Origin: an uncultured delta proteobacterium
Lineage (GTDB): Bacteria; Desulfobacterota; Binatia; UBA9968
Assembly (NCBI GenBank): GCA_963737905.1
Contig: CAVTUQ010000007.1
Coordinates: 320,001-384,000, forward strand
Direction of reading: 5' to 3'
Length of the DNA stretch: 64,000 nucleotides
Translations under genes and position numbers: made by a program
The notes under the pieces: model-generated
Told to the model about the DNA's origin: nothing
The model's input: only the letters and a program-made list of their open reading frames with translations
The model's database searches: none
Part shown: one piece after another, positions 51,116 through 61,419 of the stretch
Numbering within the stretch: the first letter of the stretch is position 1
How the letters are laid out: each line of letters begins with the position of its first letter

Positions 51116-52630
51116 AGCTTTTTCTCCACTGGACTCTCTTCGTTAGAGGAGGATGCGGTTCCGCGCCGCAGGAGTCTTTTCAATGATTCCTGCACCTTCT
51201 GAAGCTGGCTCTTGACGGTGAATAGATAAACGTCGTCCATCCGCCTGAGATAAACCTCCCGGCCGATTTTTAGCTGTACGTTGTCCTCTCCCTGTGCCAT
51301 AAGCAAGCGGCCGTTGCTGTCTCGTATCAATGCCAGGGCCACAGGCGGAAGAAAGCCGTCCGGTGTCACGTAGAGAATCGTGAACGTCTCGATTTCACCT
51401 TCATCGCGCATAGCTGCCGGCGAAGCCGCCTTTTTCGGAGCGATCCCAGGTGCTGGGGCTGATAAAGGCTGTATCGTACTTTGAACGCGCGCGTGAGTCT
51501 GTGCTTTCCAGGATGGTGACAAAATTATTGGTTCCCAGACCGCCGGTGCTCTGGGCAAGGCCGCGCTTAAACTCGCGCTTGGCTCGTGTTTGCCCTCGGA
51601 GCCGTTTTGTTACTTCTACGACTTGGGCCAATCCGCTTGCGCCAACCGGATGCCCGCGAGCTTTCAAGCCACCCGAAGGGTTAATCGGCAATCTCCCTTC
51701 GAGAGCGGTTTTTCCTTCCACCGCCGCCTCACCTCCCTTGCCCGGGGGAAAGAATCCCAAATCTTCGGTAGTGATAATTTCGAAAGGAGTGAAGGCATCG
51801 TGGACTTCGGCAAAGTCGATGCCCTGGGGTGAGGTCTCCGCCATCTGATAGGCCCGGGCTGCAGCGATCCGTGTGGCCGGAAAAGAGGTAAAAATGTCTC
51901 TTTCCCGCAAGCTCAAGGGTCCTGTTCCCTGCCCTATTCCTGCCAACCGCACGTCGGTTTTTTCGCTCGTGAGGACCAGGGCTGCAGCCCCATCCGTGAT
52001 CGGCGCGCAATCGTAGAGGCGCAGCGGCGTGGCGATAAATTTGCTCTCCAGGTAAGCCTCTCGCGTAATCGCTTTTTGGAACTGGGCCAAAGAATTGCGT
52101 GAACCGTTGAGATGATTCTTCAATGCCACGCTGCAAAGCATATTTTCCAAACGGGACTGAGAGAGGCGAAATTTTTGCCGGTACTTCTCGGTAATCATCG
52201 CTGCCAGCGCCGGCATGGTCGCGCCGCACTGGCGTTCCTGCTTGTCGATGACCTCTGCCAGGATGCGCGTGGTGGCGCTGGTGCTGAGATGGGTCATCTT
52301 CTCTCCGCCCAGGACCAAGACCCGGCGATAGTATCCGGAAGCAACGGCCTGAAAGCCGGCTTGAAGAGCGGCGGCCCCGGCCGAGGAGGCGGTCTCGATT
52401 CGCAGGGCCGGAATGCCGGTTAAACCCAGCGCCTCGGCAATCTGGGAGGCGATGTTACTTTCGCCGGTAAACTCCTCGGGGTTCATGGATCCGATATAGA
52501 TAGCCTCCACCGGCTTTCCCTCGGAGGCGGCAAGTGCCTCTTGACCCGCCTGGCAAAAGATCTCGACGATGGGCCTAGGATCTTTGCCGAACTTGGTCAT
52601 ACCGATGCCGTCCACGTATACCGACTGCAT
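51112..52630 (-). CDS. Thiolase-like protein with probable C-terminal OB-fold (DUF35-like) region, split by frameshift
   Basis: EVHDAF, GHPVGASG; downstream frame GEIETFTILYVTPDGF...LKIGREV. Confidence 0.7.
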
Positions 52631-52896
52631 AGCAGTTCAATTTTATACCGCTGGACGCGTTAATTCCATGATGTAGCTGCTCGAAATTCTAGACGAAGGA
52701 TGACCGACTTGCCGCCCTCGATATCAGACTAAAAGATTCTGGGCATCTTTTCCGATACGAAGAGATTAAGTTTATGTTAACTACGTGTCGCCGGCATTTG
52801 GGAACCCCCGAGAAAAATGTGTCTGTGAATATTGACTTCGCATTCGCCTTTGCATAGGTAAGCAGTGTCAGACTATTTTATTAGCGGAGGATTAGT

Positions 52897-53565
52897 ATGG
52901 GACAGATGGTGAGTTTCAAGCGGCCCGACGGCAAAGATTGTAATAGCTATCTCGCCAGTCCTGCGGGCAGTGACAAGGCCCCGGGTGTGGTCGTCATCCA
53001 GGAATGGTGGGGTCTAAACGATCAGATTAAAGGTGTGGCAGAACGGCTCGCCGCCCTTGGCTACCGCGCACTGGTTCCCGACCTCTACAAGGGCAAGGTT
53101 ACCCTCGACGCCGCCGAGGCCAAGCATATGATGACCAATCTCAACTTCGGCGATGCGGCGACACAGGATGTTCGCGGCGGGGCCCAGTATCTCAAGCAAT
53201 CCAGCACCAAAGTTGGCGTTGTAGGTTTTTGCATGGGTGGCGCTCTAACCGTGCTCGCGGCGCTCTATGTCAAGGAAGCCAATGCTTGCTCTTCCTGGTA
53301 TGGTTTTCCACCCGAACAAGCCGGCGATGTCAAAACCATCACCGTACCGCTGCAGCTTCATCTCGCGGAGAAAGACGCCTCCTTTAGTCCCGACGGAGCG
53401 CGAGCCCTCGAAGCCAAGCTGAAAGAAGGCAAAGTGCCATTTGAGTCCTATTGGTATGACGCCGGCCATGCCTTCGGCAATGAGACGGGTGCGAACTATA
53501 ATGCGCAATGCGAAAAGCTCGCCTGGGACCGCACCACGGAGTTCTTCGCGAAGCACCTGAAATAA
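52897..53565 (+). CDS. Dienelactone hydrolase family protein
   Basis: IQEWWG, GFCMGG, AGHAF. Confidence 0.95.
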   Translation: MGQMVSFKRPDGKDCNSYLASPAGSDKAPGVVVIQEWWGLNDQIKGVAERLAALGYRALVPDLYKGKVTLDAAEAKHMMTNLNFGDAATQDVRGGAQYLKQSSTKVGVVGFCMGGALTVLAALYVKEANACSSWYGFPPEQAGDVKTITVPLQLHLAEKDASFSPDGARALEAKLKEGKVPFESYWYDAGHAFGNETGANYNAQCEKLAWDRTTEFFAKHLK

Positions 53566-53667
53566 AAACCACCTTCGCAATACCCGGCACGGACGGCCTA
53601 TCCTATGCCTTAGGCGGCCAGCAACAGCGCAGCCTAAACGGCTCACTGAATAGTTCTCCGTCCTAAC

Positions 53668-53955
53668 CTACTTTTTGCTCTTCAAAATCCCTTCCAGCTT
53701 TCTGCGGTCGTCTTCGCCGATTCTTTCTTGAGCACTTTTGTCGGACGGTTTGGTTGACCTATCTATTTGCTTGCTCGCTTTCGTCGTTGGCATCCTATCC
53801 TCTCGGTCAACACGGCCAGTGATATCGTACCAGTAGAACCAGAGCAGAAAGGCGAGAAACCATATGAGGAGCGGGGTGAAGAGGAATGTGCAGATGTAGA
53901 GAAGCAGGTTTCTGAGCCAACTTCTCTTGCTTGTTTTTTTCTTAGCCACTGCCAA
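53668..53955 (-). CDS. Hypothetical membrane-anchored protein
   Basis: 95 aa, one TM segment. Confidence 0.6.
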   Translation of the reverse strand: MAVAKKKTSKRSWLRNLLLYICTFLFTPLLIWFLAFLLWFYWYDITGRVDREDRMPTTKASKQIDRSTKPSDKSAQERIGEDDRRKLEGILKSKK

Positions 53956-53959
53956 GGCG

Positions 53960-54024
53960 GTTCAAAGTTCAAGGTTCAATGTTTTAGACCCGGAGGCTGG
54001 ACTTTGAACGCTGAACCTCGAACG
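53960..54024. repeat. Intergenic heptamer-repeat palindrome
   Basis: (GTTCAAN)n followed by (NNNGAAC)n. Confidence 0.8.
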
Positions 54025-54029
54025 TTACG

Positions 54030-54980
54030 TCAGTAGTTGGGTTTATGTTCGAAGTAGTGGGTGGCGTTGATGATGCGAATGGTGCGGGTACTCGAGCGCA
54101 TCACCACCGACTGGGTCGTCGCGCCGCCGGGAAAAAAATGTACGCCCTGCAGGTAGTCGCCGTCGGTGACTCCCGTTGCCGCAAACATCACATCGCCCGC
54201 CGCCAGCTCTTCGATGGAAAACTTTTTGTTGATATCTTTGATTCCCATCTTCGTGGCCCGCTCGATTTCGTCGTCGTTTCTCGGTTTAAGACGGCCCTGC
54301 ATGTCCCCTCCGACACAGCGCAGCGCGGCGGCGGCCAGGACTCCTTCGGGAGCGCCGCCGATCCCCATCAAGAGATCAATACCGGTCTCCGGCTTGGTCG
54401 TCGCGATGGCCGCAGAGACGTCGCCGTCGCCGATCAAGCGAATGCGCGCGCCGGCTTGGCGGACTTCTTTGATAAGCGCTTCGTGGCGCGGACGGTAGAG
54501 AATAATCACCGTCAGGTCTTCGACCTTGCACTTCTTCGATTCGGCGAGCGCGTTGAGATTTTGTGTCGGGGTTTTGTCGAGATCGACGACGCCTTTTCCG
54601 GCTGGGCCGACGGCGATCTTATCCATGTAGGTGTCCGGACTATGGAGAAAGTTTCCATGCTCGGCCATGGCGATAACGGCCAGCGCGTTGGGGGCGCCGT
54701 TGGCGCAGATCGTCGTCCCTTCCAACGGATCCAAAGCGATGTCGACCTTCGGTCCCCCAGCTCCGACCTTTTCACCGATGTAGAGCATCGGCGCCTCGTC
54801 CCGCTCGCCTTCGCCGATGACGATGGTCCCATCGATGGTGAGGGCATTAAAAGCCCGGCGCATCGCATCGACTGCCGCCTGGTCCGCGGCCGTTTCGTCG
54901 CCACGCCCTGTTAGCCGGGCACAGCTCAGTGCCGCCGCTTCAGTAACGCGAACAGCTTCTAAGGCTAAGTTTCGGTCCAC
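54030..54980 (-). CDS. glpX: Class II fructose-1,6-bisphosphatase
   Basis: IGEGERDEAPMLYIGE, DPLEGT. Confidence 0.95.
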   Translation of the reverse strand: MDRNLALEAVRVTEAAALSCARLTGRGDETAADQAAVDAMRRAFNALTIDGTIVIGEGERDEAPMLYIGEKVGAGGPKVDIALDPLEGTTICANGAPNALAVIAMAEHGNFLHSPDTYMDKIAVGPAGKGVVDLDKTPTQNLNALAESKKCKVEDLTVIILYRPRHEALIKEVRQAGARIRLIGDGDVSAAIATTKPETGIDLLMGIGGAPEGVLAAAALRCVGGDMQGRLKPRNDDEIERATKMGIKDINKKFSIEELAAGDVMFAATGVTDGDYLQGVHFFPGGATTQSVVMRSSTRTIRIINATHYFEHKPNY

Positions 54981-56185
54981 GTTGACCTCCCTTCGATCAG
55001 CGCCTCCATTAATTTGAAGGCTTGTTTTGCGACTATGCCGGTTTTAGCGGCATCCATTTCGTTGTAGCCCACAGTGCCGTTATTGCGAGGTTCTGCCGCG
55101 GAATAGAGAACAAAGGGCACCGGATCGGAGACATGGGTTTTCAGCGCGATCGCAGTGGGATGATCGGGCATCAAAAGAACACGCCAATCTTTTCTATGGG
55201 CCATTCTCGCGAGCACGGTACCAACGACTTTTTCGTCGAAGTCTTCGATGGCCTGAATCTTTTTCTCAACATCGCCCATATGACCGGCCTCGTCAATGGC
55301 TTCGACATGGATGAAGACAAAATCATTTTTCTCCAAAGAGTTGACGCCGTACTCGCCCTTGCCTCTGTAGTTGGTGTCTAAGAAACCGGTGATGCCCGGC
55401 ACAAAGATGCGTTCGAGGCCGGCGTATACGCCCAGCCCGTGTATGATATCCACCGCCGAAATCACTCCGCCGCGAATGCCGAATCTTTCGGTCAAAGAAG
55501 GCAGCGCCGGCGCCCTCCCCTGCCCCCAAAGCCAGATGGAAGTGGCGGTCCGGCGACCTTCTACCGCTCGTTTTTTGTTGACAGGATGATCAGCAAGGAT
55601 CGGCTTCGAAGCCTCCATGAGTTCGCGCAGCACTTCGGCACCGTCGCCGTTCGGCATATAGGATGCGATCTTCTGGTCCGTGATGTCGTGCGGCGGGGTT
55701 GTTTCCATTTTTTCTTTGCCATCCCGCCAGACCATCAGATGGCGATAGCTCACACCCGGGAAGAATTCGATCCCATTTCCACCCAGTTCTTTTGCGATGT
55801 CATGGATGATCGCGCTCGCTTCTTCGGTAGATATGTGCCCGGAAGTGAAATCCTCCATGAACGTATCACTACCGCTCCCGCCCAGAGTCACCAGGTTGCA
55901 GCGAAAAGCGATGTCCTTGGGTCCCAGTGCCACACCCATGCTGGCCGCTTCGAGGGGCGAGCGACCGGTGTGATAGACCGCCGGATCGTAGCCCATGATG
56001 CTCATGTTGCCCACATCGCTGCCAGGTGGAAATCCCTTGGGTATCACGTGAGCCAGGCCAAATACGCCGCGCGTAGCGAGCCAATCCATGTGGGGCGTCT
56101 TGGCGGCCTCCAGCGGGGTTTTTCCTCCTAAAACATCTAACGGATAATCGGCCATGCCGTCGCCCTGAAGGATGATGTACTTCAC
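54965..56185 (-). CDS. apgM: Cofactor-independent phosphoglycerate mutase (ApgM type)
   Basis: GDGMAD, PGSDVGN, DEAGH, PDH. Confidence 0.9.
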   Translation of the reverse strand: MKYIILQGDGMADYPLDVLGGKTPLEAAKTPHMDWLATRGVFGLAHVIPKGFPPGSDVGNMSIMGYDPAVYHTGRSPLEAASMGVALGPKDIAFRCNLVTLGGSGSDTFMEDFTSGHISTEEASAIIHDIAKELGGNGIEFFPGVSYRHLMVWRDGKEKMETTPPHDITDQKIASYMPNGDGAEVLRELMEASKPILADHPVNKKRAVEGRRTATSIWLWGQGRAPALPSLTERFGIRGGVISAVDIIHGLGVYAGLERIFVPGITGFLDTNYRGKGEYGVNSLEKNDFVFIHVEAIDEAGHMGDVEKKIQAIEDFDEKVVGTVLARMAHRKDWRVLLMPDHPTAIALKTHVSDPVPFVLYSAAEPRNNGTVGYNEMDAAKTGIVAKQAFKLMEALIEGRSTWTET

Positions 56186-56225
56186 TGGTGTAAACCCACC
56201 CTGAAAGTTTTTCTTGTTCGCTCTC

Positions 56226-56282
56226 GGTTCGAGTTTCCAGGTTCGAAGATCAACGTTGAACCCGAAACTTGGAATTCTGAAC
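56226..56282. repeat. Intergenic heptamer-repeat palindrome
   Basis: GGTTCGAGTTTCCAGGTTCG...CCCGAAACTTGGAATT. Confidence 0.7.
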
Positions 56283-56309
56283 AGCGCGAGGGCGCCGCGC
56301 GCCTTCGCC

Positions 56310-57708
56310 TCACTTCGTTCCCCACATCGGAAACCAAACGGGATCGACAAGGATATAATCCCGATCGCGAATAGAATCCAGAGCCTCACGCATCTGCCGC
56401 AGAGTCGCGCGTTCCAGAGTGATCACAAAGGGCAAAATCGCTCTCGGGTTTTCTTTCAGATTATAGCTCTCCGTCAAGGCTCGCAACTCTTCTTCGTTGT
56501 GTCGAAGCTGCCAGATCTCGGAAATATTTACCGCCAAACGGCCGAAGGTCTGGCCGATGTCGCCGACGATGCCGGCACGATCTTTGACAATGAAGCGGAC
56601 ATAGAAAGAGCCTTCGATCTCTTCTGCCGGTTGAATTTCAAGCGACCCTTCCGGCACCAGACTCGGGAGACCAGCGAATCGGCCGTTTCCCCGCGCGAGT
56701 TCACAAACGTCGCCGAGCACGGCGACGGCCGTGGGGCCGCCGCCCGCACCCGGACCGACCAGAACATAATCGCAATCTCGATCGGCTTGCGCCCCGCCAC
56801 TTTTCTTACCCTTGAAGCAAATGGCATTGGTGGCGCCGTCAATTCCGGAGAGAAAATGTGCCGCGCGGCAGTAATACGGGAGAGACAAAAACTTCGACGG
56901 CCTGACCCTTCCGTTTAGCCACGGCGAGGTGCTTGATGGTGCTCGCACCGGTCCTTCCCGCGTAGCGGAAGTCGACGGCATGAATGTCCTCGATGCCTTT
57001 ACGCCAGGTTGTGCCGGGTTGGAGCTGAAGGCCGAAAACCACGGCGTTCAAAAGCAATAATTTGGCTTCCGCGTCGCTGCCGCTAACATCTGCCGTCGGA
57101 TTGGTTTCGGCGTAGCCTTTCTGTTGCGCCTCTTTTAAAGCATCGGCATACGGTTTAGCGCTTTTCTCCATCTGCGAGAGGATGTAGTTGCACGTTCCGT
57201 TGACAATACCAAAGACTGTTTCAGGTTCCTCAACGGCGAAGCTTTCCGTCAGCGAGCGTATGATCGGAATGCCGCCGCCGACGCACGCCTCGAATCGCAG
57301 TTGCCGGCCATGTTTTTCAGCCGCTGCCCATAGCTCTTTGCCGAATCGAGCCAGCACCGCCTTGTCGGAGGTAACAACCGATTTTCCCTTCCCGAGCGCT
57401 CGCAGGATGTAGTCTCGAAATATGGGAAGCTGCGCTTCGTGCTGAAAGCCGAGGACCTCGACAACGATCTCCACGCCTGGATCGTCAATGACGTCCTCCG
57501 CTTTTGTTGCAAAGAGGGACGAGCGGTTGGGGAACCACTTCTTTTCTTTCGGTGTGCGTGTGTAGATCTTGCGGATCTCCAACTCCAGGTCGCTCCCCAC
57601 TTGACCCTTAAGATCAAAGACAATGTCCTGAATTGCCTCGCCCACCACACCGGAGCCGAGCAAACCGAGACCAACCTTATGCCGTGTCTTAACGGATGCC
57701 ATTATCAA
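56310..57708 (-). CDS. hom: Homoserine dehydrogenase with ACT domain (frameshift near 56860)
   Basis: GSGVVG, FEACVGGGIP, NGTCNYIL, GYAE; GPGAGG and DRAGIVG in second frame. Confidence 0.9.
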
Positions 57709-57773
57709 ACCTCATCTCGAGTATTCGCAGCGGAGTGACTGTGGTGTGAGCCTCTCCAGTCGCGGGCAAACTC

Positions 57774-57840
57774 AGTTTCGAGTTCCGAGTTTAAAGTTCC
57801 GGGTTCTGACTCGAAACGCAGAACTCGAAACCCGAAACTT
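57774..57840. repeat. Intergenic heptamer-repeat palindrome
   Basis: AGTTTCGAGTTCCGAGTTT...AACTCGAAACCCGAAACT. Confidence 0.75.
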
Positions 57841-57842
57841 GT

Positions 57843-59021
57843 TTAGTCGAGCAACTTGCCCAACGCTCGCCGGATGTTGCGTACTGCCTGCTTGGTGCGA
57901 TGTTCGTTTTCGATCAAGGCAAAGCGGACGTGATCGTCGCCGTACTGGCCGAAACCGATGCCGGGTGACACCGCGACCTTAGCTTCCTGAAGCAAGAATT
58001 TGGAAAACTCCACGGAACCCATCTTCTTCGCCGGCTCCGGGATCTCCGCCCAGACAAACATCGTGCCCTTTGGTTTCGCTATTTTCCAACCTGCCCGGTC
58101 AAGGCTATCAACCAATGAGTCCCTGCGCTTTTGATACATCAGCCGGATCCCTTCGACGCAGTCTTGAGGGCCCTTCAAGGCGTGAATCGCAGCGATCTGG
58201 ATCGGCTGAAAAATCCCGTAGTCGAGGTAACTCTTGATTCGCGCCAGGGCATGGATAATATCCCGATTACCGACCGCAAACCCCACCCGCCACCCGGGCA
58301 TGTTGTAACTTTTCGACAGCGAAAAAAATTCGACGCCGATTTCTTTGGCGCCCGGAACCTGAAGAAAGCTCGGCGCCTGGTAGCCGTCGAAGGTCAAATC
58401 CGCATACGCCAAGTCGTGAATGACGATCAGCTCATTTTCCTGCGCGAACTTAACAATGCGCTCGAAGAAATCCAGCTCCACCACTTCCGTCGTTGGATTA
58501 TGAGGAAAACTGATGATAAGCAGTTTGGGCTTCGGCCACGTCTGCTTCACTGCTTCTTCGAGGTGGCCCAAAAACCCCTCGCTACTAATAAGCGGAATAC
58601 AACGAAGATCGCCGCCCGCCAAGATCATGGCAAATTGATGGATCGGATACGTCGGGCTGGGACACAGGACAACGTCTCCGGGGTCCACAATCGCCCACGC
58701 CAAATGCGACAACCCTTCCTTGGCGCCGATAGTGACGATCGCCTCGCTGTCGGGATCAAGGCCCACCTGATAGCGCCGCTTGTACCAATCGCAGATAGCA
58801 ACACGGAGCTTGTAAATGCCCCGGGACACGGAGTACCGATGATTTTGCGGTTTGCTCGCCGCTTCGACCAGCTTGGCGACAACGTGCGGCGGCGTTGGTA
58901 AATCCGGGTTACCCATGCCGAAGTCGACGATATCTTCGCCCCGACGACGCGCCTCCATTTTCATGCCGTCGATGATGCTGAAGACATAGGGGGGAAGCCG
59001 TTTGATTCGTTGAAATTCCAC
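57843..59021 (-). CDS. alaC: Class I/II aminotransferase, alanine transaminase AlaC-like
   Basis: [34 protein letters not shown]. Confidence 0.8.
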   Translation of the reverse strand: MEFQRIKRLPPYVFSIIDGMKMEARRRGEDIVDFGMGNPDLPTPPHVVAKLVEAASKPQNHRYSVSRGIYKLRVAICDWYKRRYQVGLDPDSEAIVTIGAKEGLSHLAWAIVDPGDVVLCPSPTYPIHQFAMILAGGDLRCIPLISSEGFLGHLEEAVKQTWPKPKLLIISFPHNPTTEVVELDFFERIVKFAQENELIVIHDLAYADLTFDGYQAPSFLQVPGAKEIGVEFFSLSKSYNMPGWRVGFAVGNRDIIHALARIKSYLDYGIFQPIQIAAIHALKGPQDCVEGIRLMYQKRRDSLVDSLDRAGWKIAKPKGTMFVWAEIPEPAKKMGSVEFSKFLLQEAKVAVSPGIGFGQYGDDHVRFALIENEHRTKQAVRNIRRALGKLLD

Positions 59022-59108
59022 TAAGCTCTACCTCATGCGCTTAAGTAGTGCATTCTAAACTACTTTTATAGGCGATGGTAGCGAAGGGTGCAACTTGGGA
59101 AAATCTGG

Positions 59109-59187
59109 AGTTCAAGGTTTAAAGTTCAATGTTCAAAGTCGCGCGAACGAGTTGAAACGTTGAACCTGGAACATTGAACCTTGAACG
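59109..59187. repeat. Intergenic heptamer-repeat palindrome
   Basis: GTTCAAG GTTTAAA GTTCAAT GTTCAAA...GTTGAAC CTGGAAC ATTGAAC CTTGAAC. Confidence 0.8.
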
Positions 59188-59203
59188 GGGCCTTCATCGT
59201 GCA

Positions 59204-61411
59204 CTAGCCAACCGCGCCCAGCTGCAGCCGTTGCCCCCAACGATGCAGCAAGACTTCTCGAAGCTCTGAAGATTCCGAGCGGCTTAGCTCGGGGTCCTTT
59301 TCAAGCCAGGCTTGGGCTTCTTTGCGCGCTTCCATCAAGATCTTGGCGTCGCGGACGAGATTGGCCAAGCGGAAATCTCCTAAACCGGATTGGCGCGTGC
59401 CTAAGAACTCACCCGGACCCCGCATGGCAAGATCGGCTTCAGCGATCTTGAAACCGTCGCGTTCCCGCTCCATGACACGCAGCCTCTTTTCCGCCAGTGG
59501 ATTACGCGGCGCGCGATTGATCAGCAAGCAGTATCCTGCCGCACTCCCTCGACCTACCCGGCCCCGAAGCTGATGCAACTGGGAAAGTCCAAAGCGCTCC
59601 GCATGCTCGATGACCATGACCGTGGCACTAGGAATATCGATGCCGACCTCGATGACAGTGGTGGCGACGAGCACGCCGATGGCGCCGTCTCTGAAGGAGC
59701 GCATGACGTCGTCCCGCTCCGCCGTGGACATTTTGCCATGCACAAGACCGACCCCGAAGTCTTTAAACACTCCCTGCCGCATCTTTTCCGCCATTTGCGT
59801 CGCGTCTCGGACCCGTACGAGCTCTTCAGAGGCCTCAACCAAAGGATAGACGATAAAGGCTTGACGCCCCGCGCGAAGCTCTTTGATGACCAATTGGTAA
59901 ACCGACCGGCGGCATTGCTCGTAATAAACTTTAGTTTGAGTCGGCAAACGTCCTGGTGGCATTTCATCTAAAAAGGATACCTCCATGTCGCCATAAAGAA
60001 CCATGGCCAAACTGCGTGGAATCGGCGTCGCGCTCATGAGCAGCATGTGCGGCTGCTTCCCTATGGGAGCGGTGCCCGACTCGGTGGATAACAAACGCTG
60101 GAGTGATAGCCGTTGCATCACGCCGAACCGGTGCTGTTCATCGATGACTCCCAGTCCCAATTTCGGAACCGAGACTCCCTCCTGAATGAGAGCATGGGTG
60201 CCAACGACAAACTGAATTGCGCCACCACCGATACCTTCTAGCGTAGCCTTCCTATCTTTGGCCGCTTGGGATCCGGTTAGAAGTGTGGCTTTAACGCCCA
60301 ATGCGTCAGCGTAAGGACTCAAGTTGCGGAAATGCTGCTCAGCTAGCAGTTCAGTCGGCGCCATCCAGACCGCCTGGTAGCCGTTCTCAATGACCCGCAA
60401 GGACGCCAACCACGCCACCATCGTTTTGCCTGAACCGACATCGCCCTGGACGAGCCGCTGCATCGCCTGCCCTGAGCTCATGTTCTGATCGATCTCGCGC
60501 AGCACTCGCTCCTGTGCCCTGGTTAATTTAAACGGCAATAACTCGCTCATTCTCACCGTCAGCCGTTGCCGCGCAGGTTTGAAAGGTACGCCCGCTTCCC
60601 GCCTGCGTCCCTGCTTCCTCAGGCCCAAACCGAGTTGCAGATAGAAAAGCTCGTCGAAGACCACCGAGCGATGCGCAGAAGAAAAAAAACCGTTCAACGC
60701 GGTGAGGTCTGCCGTCGCACCGGGCTCGTGCAGTTGCGCCAATGCGTCGGCCAGAGTCATAAGACCTTGGCGTTGTTTGGTCGGCGCTGGTAAGTAACTC
60801 GGCAAAAAACGTGCGTACTGGCAGAGCGCTTGATGTACCCAATTTCGAAGCAAAGATAACGATACTGCGGCGGGGTGAACATAGACCGGCAATATTTTCT
60901 GCAACGACTCGTTGTCATCGGCTTCCAGCACCTCGAACTCCGGGTGAATGATCCGCTTTTGTCCGTTGAGCCCCGGTTCCACTTTACCGTGCACAAGAAG
61001 TCGTTGCCCCCGCGTTAAGCTATCGCTCAGGTACGCCGGCGCGCGATACCAGAGCAAGCCCAAGTTCCCGGTATCGTCTATGAGAGAACCGACCAGAAGC
61101 TGCGCCCGGCGGCGGGGATTGTATTTTTTTTGAAGCCCACGGATCTCTCCGACGAAAGTCTCCTCTCGTCCGATCATGGCATCAGAAATTTTTTTGATTT
61201 GCCTCCGGTCTTCGTAACGGAACGGCAGATGATAGAGCAGATCTTCGACTGATTTCAGGCCAAATTTTTCTAGTTCCTCGGCACGCTTGGGCCCGATCCC
61301 CTTGAGGAATCGGAGCGGCGTTTGCAAAACGCCAAGGGATTCTCTGATGGAAGGTCTTTTGCTTGGGTTCGGTACGGGTCGATTCGGCAAACTCTGATCC
61401 GACGGATTCAT
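59204..61411 (-). CDS. recG: ATP-dependent DNA helicase RecG
   Basis: QGDVGSGKT, DEQH, SATPIPR, QLRGRVGR. Confidence 0.97.
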   Translation of the reverse strand: MNPSDQSLPNRPVPNPSKRPSIRESLGVLQTPLRFLKGIGPKRAEELEKFGLKSVEDLLYHLPFRYEDRRQIKKISDAMIGREETFVGEIRGLQKKYNPRRRAQLLVGSLIDDTGNLGLLWYRAPAYLSDSLTRGQRLLVHGKVEPGLNGQKRIIHPEFEVLEADDNESLQKILPVYVHPAAVSLSLLRNWVHQALCQYARFLPSYLPAPTKQRQGLMTLADALAQLHEPGATADLTALNGFFSSAHRSVVFDELFYLQLGLGLRKQGRRREAGVPFKPARQRLTVRMSELLPFKLTRAQERVLREIDQNMSSGQAMQRLVQGDVGSGKTMVAWLASLRVIENGYQAVWMAPTELLAEQHFRNLSPYADALGVKATLLTGSQAAKDRKATLEGIGGGAIQFVVGTHALIQEGVSVPKLGLGVIDEQHRFGVMQRLSLQRLLSTESGTAPIGKQPHMLLMSATPIPRSLAMVLYGDMEVSFLDEMPPGRLPTQTKVYYEQCRRSVYQLVIKELRAGRQAFIVYPLVEASEELVRVRDATQMAEKMRQGVFKDFGVGLVHGKMSTAERDDVMRSFRDGAIGVLVATTVIEVGIDIPSATVMVIEHAERFGLSQLHQLRGRVGRGSAAGYCLLINRAPRNPLAEKRLRVMERERDGFKIAEADLAMRGPGEFLGTRQSGLGDFRLANLVRDAKILMEARKEAQAWLEKDPELSRSESSELREVLLHRWGQRLQLGAVG

Positions 61412-61419
61412 GAAATCCG

